DNA of 64,000 nucleotides from NCBI GenBank assembly GCA_000165345.1, contig CM000429.1, positions 352,001 to 416,000 of the forward strand, read 5' to 3'. Shown piece by piece: positions 12,601 to 19,641 of this stretch (position 1 is its first letter; each line of letters starts with the position of its first letter). The notes under the pieces were generated by a model. It saw only the letters and a program-made list of their open reading frames with translations, ran no database searches and was not told where the DNA came from. The position numbers and the translations under genes were made by a program.

Positions 12601-12652
12601 TACGCACGATAAAGGTTTAGATCTCAATACAGATTCAGACTCAGAAGCTTAA
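3626..12652 (+). CDS. Giant (3008 aa) multi-pass membrane protein. It has a signal/anchor, ephrin-receptor-like/TNFR-type cysteine-rich repeats and a laminin-EGF-like module, then about 10 TM helices, then a long low-complexity region with a poly-Asn tract and three ConA/LamG-like jelly-roll domains.
   Basis: The track ORF starts at TTG 3620, and the first ATG is at 3626 (MLVITEKIYH...). The N-terminus has CxxC...GxY/F repeats (CPIGYILEGNHCKLCESGTFSNKETNSCTACGEGKYSF...CFQCSIGTYS...CEICPNNQ) and CKEGSSGFLCDDCEDGYAKIDG...CKKC. Hydrophobic 20-25 aa segments occupy aa ~250-760. LamG-like signatures are WVLVHIVYNMGSIKYYVNGRFIGS, GWHMLTVVGK...YIDGQIMGIS and WYHMVVTFNT...YINSQCIGKK. Confidence 0.7.
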   Translation: MLVITEKIYHIKLLVIFLVIIIKIGVVNTEHDLVCPIGYILEGNHCKLCESGTFSNKETNSCTACGEGKYSFPGSYSQSLCFQCSIGTYSEKEKSNSCEICPNNQITSTIGSTKKEDCFCMPGFKPASLRDETCVQCASTEWCYRVSPNSGGFWNVASYCYSVDLSKYSKDSTTHLLCNDMSLMSSKTANFQIPCFGSQCESLYRNNEVISNNNINSLMVVRCKEGSSGFLCDDCEDGYAKIDGLLGEVGSCKKCSLLNFTPFILSNLFIFGLIIYSVWVLRLEPTANEEEMPIVQVTIIRTTIQHMQFLGLLITTNVVRFEYFPNLTVAISYLGSSNSFLPLFQCLLSKFGIDRHGPEALKIYSIVISTMPFLLIIFAIIAAPILRYFREKEVRGFLLGRQEMEGECLQFQKSYFSWVFSLFIVSFFCYFSMSIKNIYSIISCTSLNIDIQNPTNSLMGSYVTPESMNLFQNTNNEIPGLLSVVSIAKENICWSHGHFVAIFYSLIGLVFWHILIPIVYLLCIYFDTKNDKIQRRRLVYGWWISGYENTNMNIWEITTYLSQIIYLIVILLIGILHTFNYVVAYYAVPGGSHYETLNPLCSPILSSFCCIVLTISLDSIYSFVRPNSQDFLRTGIQKVDISSVGVEDELLTEEQKQKQKVAYGGVNSKQTSRLNWSSYFYFIRRMSSFSIITVIFASILPRLNVNIENKIENLRGTWIDSVDTSLIPLGYGDFSIRFFSIFSVIVNYFFIFIILFSVLGIKIYKRVLPMLSSKSKVEVNIKSMSDFASSSDSIKQVNKGNQVNGRISNIGNAFVSYHDMNKTSQIGDQDGERVDDEISIEQLIRMHLRTDCLGFLSHEDRVSVVVAIKRCDNRQEGLAISLRATLDSRFGESGKYTLIENNLFVCESLRSYGFSDFGMEKLIEDLIEIHISITNRIKSVSRNSLKMALDLCIINYPEVAQKLGMEVIVPPDLNLNNMNEKSNIETNNNTEALYSLHLRKLLARLSLNALILDISDNFFRIPRSIPISLRLKLNRGTGLLFSEPNLENNGIENMELNHSLINEDTKDKKYNVPIPGYIEEEYNEPRSLDVDLMLSIKKLTECDPRTVLEETSHPIAFEKATRNSITSDKVLQTLFSLIEPEFKSQLRSSLELNKEELKEGIGELDRNQDEEIVQLLLGLNPDENIGSETILTLLNDLETIGNSTSDYMDNKSHLSDSEFHSPDEHKVSSVSKKIGFSLKNLKNKNNTKGDIVNEDSNAVQSKNKMSLKLKNSIYNLFLLRVLDLKSWLSQYRKQYIEETNKRMESLRQYNYLNFDNNFTIPQGNNTRNTSNTSSSIADNNNSNTNGVNENNNGTINNNSIIKSSELDVTAAASYSSKISIEAKENLKMMTDLVSNLNRYASPSMLFYYLQLCKRLSLGADFTMTSLIPDNLLYKGVISNEEALRLYREINPSLNFNDNPLGFDVATIHEFSALNTPNLNLKRELELTIESQREFNMIFPSALPCIHSIFWVPFDIYDDDNLWIIQSRERQNISQLLDCLSKDHPQIIELPYIDEEAMDEKMECVEFDKNDQGLTKQTLYTLLPQISNNGGIEDGSWLWSELPIRFAIDLNGLTIRKMHSSSNYPKSIYLSGNPLSVLGPQSPQWAFMSHKSDRINYLNGVCTLNYNIINNNNNNNNIDFDSSTIFGDQAIIVAPGIEVKGTSFTIEVWVKLPPLFDKLEEIKEEKESDSEVKNQKSKSKSKSRAKSRTKMEGRISSRAKSKKKKVDMLSSNKDKNQSLLSLSKLQKKLVEIKGGKEEDDENEQASLDGTNSEISGIQKESDDLNNVNMKKKLELPTLQVLCSTDAMEGLFTVHRPTGTIGFWDSNGRFLKCVIKNDQKEINKNEMQFKNSSYVASNIATLQNIYSQLGLIKRSTYCKETNQDIEQFINYIEDPLILDPWVLVHIVYNMGSIKYYVNGRFIGSIRKPNGLKGDISVIGGGLESGSGWGYFSQFRVYGVHTSNEQIKRRYESYISLNSDNSFITKINKLTSSTINWALTLWRSGAVGFFIWKYSQINLKQNDVTYLIELINRKRNVLCNGDIVDESDNDNSNLKNGILLFGVIIRILKGERSFPYYYVYEPLPYLESIQDENSEKNESNNKIQLSPMKYKMTSITSQLGYRITEDYKKIKLDNEKVYRMNPLFYQPSIVPGPGMSECLLLAFNTKSNNSGLLITPPIELQKKIINKNRNAKNSMNKDDQKKKGNGLLNGNFDEKNDEISEISECYNGWTITVWFHYPLLTNYSYTINNSSNQNDEDMVTNNSKKKSNSDIDHYIVLVTGKNDSHIIINENMDVGVYKNFSQISNNNININNNNNSNNSSNNNNNYNYYNNYNNNNNSNNNNNNNYNNYNNNYYNNNYYNNYNNNININNNNYINNNTSNYIEKGFYSSGFNLNKSELPIGWHMLTVVGKPRMEYTKTEDEKERSIVGGGGLGFTEITKPMQKNINLSTQYKWCQEFYIDGQIMGISSYCTHESIVMIGNSLFLENAFGIFTCPRIFSHSFSPMEIHTDFLSYNYLIKAGSWNSKDDILLQFDYNSITKEFRVLENPSNKLRYIYNFGSSQYSNKYDQLKNVTKDRRKKKKKQLLEGNLEIDDQSYWLDEMECQSPLFNYIETFLNNNSFDNEAKYIMAISNSMINQSESESNNNNDSASNNVKTNKINDILENFSNINKNNKEEVCQINVKNNGIITIHRGPTNENICIDPTQIFILEKKSGYSTEGGSVILERPVRLSKNWSCEVWFYVPFEITFHPYCLISNSDGIGFIVIGLNGELGSIQRKITNMYENNGVISKKNNKYDSKGYEKNNNRLQFLSWDVNLRDHVDVGWYHMVVTFNTTQNNTITTYINSQCIGKKMNAFELPHHQSPWIDCIGNLKSFKGNYIAPFGLFGHLKIYDFALSTIEVGLLYKSWMCHKNLKKEILNRHIKQEKSAITKNYTLYKNLMNKNNNFKEEERSENKDTHDKGLDLNTDSDSEA
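10640..10870 (+). repeat. AAT/AAC-type microsatellite of about 230 bp encoding a poly-Asn (N/Y/S) tract inside the giant membrane protein.
   Basis: Visible run of aataataat / aattataat units. The translation reads NNNNNSNNSSNNNNNYNYYNNYNNNNNSNNNNNNNY... Confidence 0.85.
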
Positions 12653-12747
12653 AAATATATTGAATAAAAATTTGAAATGATTAATAATCTAAATATAAAA
12701 ATAATTTATAATTCAAATAATAGAATGATTTAAAATTTTATTTTTTA

Positions 12748-14427
12748 TTATTTATTGTTGATTTTACTATTAAATTGATGAATCATCATATCATTTGAAA
12801 TTAAATCTTTAAGCAAATCAAGTTTGTTTAGTATTTCTCCAACGTTGTTATGAAATTTGTTAAATTGACCATTGTTATTATTACTAGTAAATGTGATAAT
12901 TCCAGCTGGCTGATTAATTTTTGCAGAAAAAATACCCCTCTCAACGAGATGATTGACAACAAGCTGCAACTCTTGGCCATCCAAATTTAATAAATCTTGT
13001 ACTCTTTGGAATGAAATAGTTTTATAATAGCAAGAAATAATTGAAATGTTTCTCTCTTGAATTCTTTGCATGAACAGAGTAAATCTGTCTTTTTTGTTGC
13101 AAAGATTGATTTTGCATCTTTTATATTCTGTGTAGTACACATTATTCATTTCATAATCGTTGTTAGAGAAAAAGAAGCAATTTGATAGCTGATTAAAATA
13201 CTTAGGAACTGTATAGTTGAAATTTTTTGTTGATTCCAGGAATATGAGCTCGTTATTAATATAATCATTCAGTAAGTCTGAAATATATTGGACATTTCTT
13301 TCAATATGCTTCTGATAATCTTTGTTAAATTTAATTAGTTCATCTCTAATATTGGTTGAGTAAGGACCAAGAATGAGGTAAATGACATATCCTTCAATAC
13401 ATGAAGCAGTAGTTGGCATTTTCTCAGAAAAATTATATTGAGAAATAGGGGACTTCATATATTCTGGAATCTCACCGATTAGTTTTTCATAGCTATTCTC
13501 AGTGTCATTCTCAAAATTTGCAATTGAGTTGAGAAGGTTTAGAAAGCACATAGAAATTTCCTTGGGGCTTTGTTCGTAGTGCCATAAAATGATTAGGTAT
13601 TGATAATATATTACCTTAAGATCGATGAATTTTTCGATAATTTTCGGGTTTATCTTCTTGGCAAATATTTGAAGTCTAACAAAGTCTTTGCATAATAAGG
13701 AAAGTCTCATCTGCTCAAGTACGTATTGAGTTTTCTCCCTAAGATCCATATTTCCAATGGTTTCTACAGTTATATCTTCTAGAAGTTTAGAGGCCTCCTT
13801 CAAGTCATTATCTTCCTGTTTAATATTGCTGAGAATGAGCATCAATCTTGCCCTCTCGAGCTCCAGATATATCTTACCTTGAGTAATCTCACTTAGAATT
13901 GTGATAATTTTGTTACATTCCAGCATATTCTTGATTTCGTAGGAAATACTCCTATAAGATTCTTCTAAATTTGTTACGGTCTCAATATGTTTCCTAGAAG
14001 AGTTGTACTTTGCAAAATTGGGACTTAGAGCGACTATGGAATCAACTACGAGGTTTAAGAATAGTTGGATAATATATGATATCACCTTTTTAAGTTGGCT
14101 TCTTTTCTTACAAATTTTCTGAATGACTGATAGAGGTTCATCAATATTTTTAGAGTATTTTAGAAGCCACAAAATAATTTTATATATTATTTTACAGCTA
14201 GAATTCGAATCAGAAACTTGCCTGCATTTTTTCTCTAAAACCAATAATTCTTCGACAGCATTCTGAAAGTTCACTTCATTAACTCCAGCATTTTCCAATT
14301 TGGTAATTAAGCTATCCGTTTCTGCAGACAAGTCTTGGGTGCATTTTGGGTCTTTCACCAGAGATTCTAGTTCTGATATTGGATTCACAGTTTCATTCAA
14401 TTGTTCTCTAGTATTTTGGTCTTGCAT
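12748..14427 (-). CDS. RPN5: 26S proteasome regulatory (lid) subunit Rpn5 / PSMD12, a PCI-domain protein.
   Basis: Strong colinear similarity to human PSMD12. Examples: SKRRSQLKQ vs KKRSQLKK; TEGKIYVEIERARLT...[42 protein letters not shown] vs TQGKIYLELERARLM...KQEDNDLKEASKLLEDITVETIGNMDLREKTQYVLEQMRLSL. There is a C-terminal PCI/winged-helix region and a terminal EEMIHQF. Confidence 0.9.
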   Translation of the reverse strand: MQDQNTREQLNETVNPISELESLVKDPKCTQDLSAETDSLITKLENAGVNEVNFQNAVEELLVLEKKCRQVSDSNSSCKIIYKIILWLLKYSKNIDEPLSVIQKICKKRSQLKKVISYIIQLFLNLVVDSIVALSPNFAKYNSSRKHIETVTNLEESYRSISYEIKNMLECNKIITILSEITQGKIYLELERARLMLILSNIKQEDNDLKEASKLLEDITVETIGNMDLREKTQYVLEQMRLSLLCKDFVRLQIFAKKINPKIIEKFIDLKVIYYQYLIILWHYEQSPKEISMCFLNLLNSIANFENDTENSYEKLIGEIPEYMKSPISQYNFSEKMPTTASCIEGYVIYLILGPYSTNIRDELIKFNKDYQKHIERNVQYISDLLNDYINNELIFLESTKNFNYTVPKYFNQLSNCFFFSNNDYEMNNVYYTEYKRCKINLCNKKDRFTLFMQRIQERNISIISCYYKTISFQRVQDLLNLDGQELQLVVNHLVERGIFSAKINQPAGIITFTSNNNNGQFNKFHNNVGEILNKLDLLKDLISNDMMIHQFNSKINNK

Positions 14428-14583
14428 CTTTGTCTCGTTGATTAGATATTCTTCGAATATTTAGATTGATTATTACTTTTTATTCATCTATCAAAGAAAT
14501 GATTAATGAAATTTCTTCTCAGTTTCGCAATGTATTCTTGTGGGGGAAACGAGGGGAAGGAGAGGATTTATTAATATACCTGT

Positions 14584-14595
14584 TTTGGCGCGCAA
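14584..14595. promoter_or_regulatory. Palindromic E2F site TTTGGCGCGCAA about 160 bp upstream of the Rpn5 start.
   Basis: Matches the E2F consensus TTTSGCGCSAAA on both strands. Confidence 0.45.
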
Positions 14596-14899
14596 GACAA
14601 ATTGTTTGTCATCCATCTTGCAATTTTTGCATGGAAACGTACAAGGCAAAAACAAAATAGTAAAGTATAGGGATATTATTTATGATTACATATATATTGG
14701 GCAACTTCAGTTTTAGGCTAAATAAGTTTATTTTACGAGGATACCAGGAATATTAATTTACGAGTTATAAAACTAAGTTAAATAATTAAATACAATAAAC
14801 TAGATAGAATTTTTACTGGTATTTTATTCATTAGGCCGACAGATTTAAGCTTATTATTAATAATACTTTGGAAATGACAGGATATTTCAAACAATCCTC

Positions 14900-16933
14900 T
14901 CATTGCTCTAGATTTTCTTCGTCTTTGCTTTCCGAACTTGAATTAAAATCAACAGAATTGTTGCTTTTAAAAGTTTCCATCTGTTGGTTGAATAAATCCC
15001 AGACATTTCTATTAGGCTGATAAAGTTTGGAGTCTGAATTACACATGATTACATTACCATTCATATAGCCAATAAAAAGCCTGGTTCCATCCATCGACCA
15101 ACTAATACAAGTAGGGATATCAGAGGTGTTAGGGATAGAATTTGTGGTGGTAGAACATGATGTATTGATTTTACACAAAGGAGTTTGACAATTTGAGTTT
15201 GTGAGATCATATATAATCAATTTTGAGTCAGCATCAATTGCAGCAAAAATTCCAGGATGCACTGGATGCCAAGCTACATCAATAACATAGTTCTCAGATG
15301 ATTCAAAGGTATAAAGGAGGGTGAATGAACTAGCAAGTGGGTTTGGAATCCACAGTTTAATGGTCCAATCTGCTCCGGAGCTAAGAAAACAATCATTTAT
15401 TGGGTGATAGTCAAGGGAAGTAATGTAGCCATTATGCGCATTTTGAAATGTGCTTGAAATTACACCAGGCTTGTTAGTTTTAATCATTGTTTGATAGAGA
15501 GAGCCATCCTCAGAACCACAAATAATTGCATTTGGATTAATTAGCTTAGAAAGTGTCATGCACTGGATTGATACATCTTTTGAATTGGTTTTCCTTAATT
15601 GAAAAGACTCTACTGGCTCACTCAAGTTAGTTAAGTTCCAATTACAAAGTTTTCCATCCGTGTCAATTGTTATAATACTTTGAGAGCCTTTGCTGCCGAG
15701 AAGCTCCATACAATAAATTGGGAATGAGTGACCACCAATATTGTTCCCTTCGGAATCACTAATATTAATACTATTCGACTTTTGGCAAGGAATCTTTCCG
15801 CTTCTCGAATCCCAAATTAAAATTTCTCCATTATAGCTAGTTCCAATATACTTATATTGGCAATATGGGTCAAATGAAATAGTTAAAACTGGGCTTGAAG
15901 CAATAAATGTATTTTCCGGGTTTTTTGGAGTTGAAATGGACCAAAGCTGTACACAACCTCCATAATCGAACATAGTTCCACTACCCATATTTTGTTTCAT
16001 CCCTTCAAAACTTGAGTTTTGCGAAAATTTTGTTCCATAGGCTACAATAAAATATTCAGGGAAGGTAGGATGGCTTTTAATATTCATTACGGGGCGGTTA
16101 GATGAAGTTTCGTGCTGAAAAATCATACTATTTTTAAGCAATCCATTACTTGATGAAAAGCTAATATTACCCGGGTTCTTTGCTGAACCATCATTTTCAG
16201 ATGATAGATTTGATTCTGCAACCTCACTATTTATATTGAAAAATGGGTTGAAAACAGCACCCTCTCCCAAAGCTCTCTCAATTAATCTAGAAGCTCTTGA
16301 GAAGAAGTCCATAAACTCGCTACTTTTTAATATTTCATTATTATTCTCCACACTAATTGTTCCACCAGAGGGGGAGTATTTCTCTTCGTTTGTGTCAATC
16401 CTCATGACTAAAGGTTTGCTAGACTCGGAAACAGTTTCATTTTGGTGTAAATCTGCTGGACTCAGAGGTATGGATATAGAAAGATGTTTGTTTGAACCTC
16501 CAGTAGTGTGATTCTTCAAACCAGTATAGCGATCCGGAGCTACACCCAGTTGACTACTCTGAATAAGGTCCGCTTGAATTCCTTTATCAAATGTATCTTT
16601 TGTCGTTTCAAGAATATTTAGATCCACCTCCCCAATCAGTTTTTTCAATGCAGAACCTGGCCCTCGTAAATTATCTTCTAATGATTCAGGACCTATATCG
16701 CCCATTGCTGCTAAATTAAGGCCGTTAAATTGTTCCTCATTCCCTGTAAACAGAGAGTCGCTCAGTCCACCTTCGCTCAGAATGGAATTAACTATTTTAT
16801 CTACATCTTCTTCAAAACCTTTAGATTGATCGCAGTAATTCTTACTATAATCATCTAATAATTTTCTTTGAGATTTTAAGGTACTCTGGTGTTCCCTAAT
16901 AAGATCCTGAATTCTATTAGTCTTATTCTCCAT
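14900..16933 (-). CDS. WD40-repeat protein with an N-terminal coiled coil. It is possibly a cytoplasmic dynein intermediate chain.
   Basis: N-terminal coiled coil (MENKTNRIQDLIREHQSTLKSQRKLLDDY), a Ser/Asn-rich linker, and a C-terminal half with several WD-like repeats (VQLWSI, ILIWDSRSG, KLCNWNL, IKLWIP, LIIYDL). The overall layout resembles a dynein intermediate chain, but I saw no diagnostic light-chain-binding motif. Confidence 0.45.
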   Translation of the reverse strand: MENKTNRIQDLIREHQSTLKSQRKLLDDYSKNYCDQSKGFEEDVDKIVNSILSEGGLSDSLFTGNEEQFNGLNLAAMGDIGPESLEDNLRGPGSALKKLIGEVDLNILETTKDTFDKGIQADLIQSSQLGVAPDRYTGLKNHTTGGSNKHLSISIPLSPADLHQNETVSESSKPLVMRIDTNEEKYSPSGGTISVENNNEILKSSEFMDFFSRASRLIERALGEGAVFNPFFNINSEVAESNLSSENDGSAKNPGNISFSSSNGLLKNSMIFQHETSSNRPVMNIKSHPTFPEYFIVAYGTKFSQNSSFEGMKQNMGSGTMFDYGGCVQLWSISTPKNPENTFIASSPVLTISFDPYCQYKYIGTSYNGEILIWDSRSGKIPCQKSNSINISDSEGNNIGGHSFPIYCMELLGSKGSQSIITIDTDGKLCNWNLTNLSEPVESFQLRKTNSKDVSIQCMTLSKLINPNAIICGSEDGSLYQTMIKTNKPGVISSTFQNAHNGYITSLDYHPINDCFLSSGADWTIKLWIPNPLASSFTLLYTFESSENYVIDVAWHPVHPGIFAAIDADSKLIIYDLTNSNCQTPLCKINTSCSTTTNSIPNTSDIPTCISWSMDGTRLFIGYMNGNVIMCNSDSKLYQPNRNVWDLFNQQMETFKSNNSVDFNSSSESKDEENLEQ

Positions 16934-17534
16934 TTATGTAGCTGGAAAAAACTCAAATAATCAAGAATTTAATACCATGAAGTACTCAGAATATTAAAGC
17001 GTGTTCCTTCAATACCCATATCAAATTAATTGTCATTAGCCTCTGTTCTCAAGAATCACCAATGCAAATATTGATGTATTAAGAGATATTTAACCCCACA
17101 TCTGTCCGCCCGCCAGCTCTAGTGGCGGTATCATGTATTCATTTTTTTTCCAATAGCTATATCAATAAGGAAACAATTATGATAAGATAAAATCACAAAA
17201 ACAATCTTGAATATCAAGTTGAAAGTCTTTAGTAAATTATTGATTCATTTGATTATTTTTTGTATGAGACTTTTTCTTTAATAAATGATAATTTGCCGTT
17301 CAGCGGGTATTGGGGGGAAATCACGGTATTACACAAAATTGAATTTTTGAGCTGTTTGATAAAAGTTCTTTAAATAAAGACTCAAGTTAGATTCATAATT
17401 TTTATTAAAGATTAGTAAAATTTTTACTAGATAGGTGCTAGTCCTGAAGAATCAAGTATTTTCTTTTTGGAATGCAGAAATATTGATTTTGAGCTTTAAG
17501 TTAACGAGGTTGGAGCCTAATTTAATTGATTAAA

Positions 17535-19481
17535 ATGACAGCCTCCGAAAGATTGAAACAGATTTTGGAAAATAACCTTGAATCAAATTTTGAGAATTCT
17601 GAAGACTTAGAAGAGACTTTTAACGAATGGAGTGTAAATGGGAACTATGATGTGAAGAATATCCAAGAATCTAATTTAAACATTCTTCATGCTTTAAGTC
17701 AGAGGGAGATAATACATATAATGGACAGGGTTTTGGGCGGAGATAGCTTTGAAAATGTATTAGAAGAGATTGCGAAGGAATACCTTGGAGATGCCTGGTC
17801 TGCTTCTACAACTAATGCTGGCGAGAAAAACCTTAAGATTGAGGCGAAAAGTAAATTTGAATCCGGAGATAATGAAATGGCTGATGTGGCGCAGGATTTT
17901 GACGAGGAATTATGCAACTCAGAGGAATTTGTTACACTGTCCCAAAATGTACCTTTGAGAATTGACCATAACGAAAGACAGCTTTTAAAGCTAGTGGAGG
18001 GAACGCTGGAGGTCAGCAAATATACCGACAGAGTGGATATTGGATCAGCATCTAGGTCAAAGATGATTGTGAACGAAATAAGACAAGTTTGCGCAATTTT
18101 GAGCGGACTGGCCGTATCATTTGATTATGAGCTTGGCCAAAGGCTCATTAAGGATAGAAGTTTCAGTGAAAATGAGAAATTCTTTCAGACAGTTTTTGAG
18201 ATTGCAAGGAGATATAAAATGTTAAATCCTGAGACGATGAGGGACTCTTATGGAAAACTAGTTTTTTTATTGATGGATGCACAGAAAGAAAGTATCAGAG
18301 AGCTCCTGCAGTTTAGATGCTACAAGCCTGTGTTAACGGTTTATGAATTTCTTAAGAGTAAAAATTGCTTGGACGTTTTGAGCGATCCATTACTTCCAAT
18401 AGCTACGCGTAATGTCGAGCAGGTTGATGATGTAAACATTCTCAATTCAAAGCTGACAAAGAAACGACTTGCAATCAAAGAGTTACTGAGGAGATACGCA
18501 TCTAAGGACTATTCTGAGCAATGCAATAAAAAATCTACATCTCGTGGTTTTTATAATTTATTTATGCTCGGGAGGTCAAACCAAACACAAGAAACGGAAA
18601 TAAGTAATCAGTCTGGTATAGTTACAACTACAGGAAGCTTGGAAAATCTTGAAAAGACCCAAGAAACGAAGGATATCACTGTTGAGGAGCTTGAAATGTG
18701 TATATACTCTCTTAATGATCACGATGTTTTCCTATACTATAACAAACGTCCCATCGACAAGATGATCGAGTACTTGACAACTTTCTTCAACCCTCACAAA
18801 GAACAATCTAGGGATCTAAGTCTTTCTCTTGTTAGCGATCCGAACTCGACTGCAAGGCTTAGCCATGATCATTCGCGCCAATACCACTATGTACTGCAAA
18901 GCCTTACAATGTGGCGCGAGGTCCTTTTTAATATGATTAGATTGTGGAGGCTTGCAGAAGATGATTTACTTGATGGAAACAACGGATATAGGCTTGGAGA
19001 TACTGGTCAAGGTATCCACAGAATTCAATCTGCTCCTAGACTCTATAGAGCAATGTGTGAGATTATATCAAAAGTGCAGCGCGAAGTAGGAAACTGGGTA
19101 GGATCTTCTGTAATTCACCTTGGAGATAGGACAGTACCTAACGCTCTCGTTTTTATTGATAAATATCTTCAGGTGCCAAAAATATTAACTCCAATAGTTT
19201 TGTGTATTGAGAAAATAGATAAACTTTCTAATTCAAGCATTCATTTGAAGATATTTATTGAAAATTCGTTTGGAGGAGTCTTAAGTCTTAAACAGCAAAT
19301 TCTTGTAGATTTTTTCAAGCATGGGTTCGATGGCGGTGGAGCCGATAATTTCTTCGACGCAGGCTCTTGTATCGACGGTAGACTCACATCCGCATGGAAC
19401 TGGTGTTCAAATATAGAAAAGAAACCATACTTTCCAATTTTCCTACTAACAGGATTCGTCGGATTCGACGGGAAGTTCTAA
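17535..19481 (+). CDS. Conserved-looking hypothetical protein of 649 aa.
   Basis: The track ORF starts at TTG 17526, and the first ATG is at 17535. The sequence is complex and non-repetitive with an acidic N-terminus. I recognised no domain. Confidence 0.5.
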   Translation: MTASERLKQILENNLESNFENSEDLEETFNEWSVNGNYDVKNIQESNLNILHALSQREIIHIMDRVLGGDSFENVLEEIAKEYLGDAWSASTTNAGEKNLKIEAKSKFESGDNEMADVAQDFDEELCNSEEFVTLSQNVPLRIDHNERQLLKLVEGTLEVSKYTDRVDIGSASRSKMIVNEIRQVCAILSGLAVSFDYELGQRLIKDRSFSENEKFFQTVFEIARRYKMLNPETMRDSYGKLVFLLMDAQKESIRELLQFRCYKPVLTVYEFLKSKNCLDVLSDPLLPIATRNVEQVDDVNILNSKLTKKRLAIKELLRRYASKDYSEQCNKKSTSRGFYNLFMLGRSNQTQETEISNQSGIVTTTGSLENLEKTQETKDITVEELEMCIYSLNDHDVFLYYNKRPIDKMIEYLTTFFNPHKEQSRDLSLSLVSDPNSTARLSHDHSRQYHYVLQSLTMWREVLFNMIRLWRLAEDDLLDGNNGYRLGDTGQGIHRIQSAPRLYRAMCEIISKVQREVGNWVGSSVIHLGDRTVPNALVFIDKYLQVPKILTPIVLCIEKIDKLSNSSIHLKIFIENSFGGVLSLKQQILVDFFKHGFDGGGADNFFDAGSCIDGRLTSAWNWCSNIEKKPYFPIFLLTGFVGFDGKF

Positions 19482-19641
19482 GGAGGCTTTATTAGAGGGA
19501 TCGTCTATAATTAAAAATGGTAAGAATATATTGAGATTAATATAAATAGGTTTTTAGACAAAAAAACTATGCATTCATAAATTTAATTGTATAAATAGCT
19601 TTTTCTATAATTTTTTAATCATGAACAAAAATACAGGGCAA

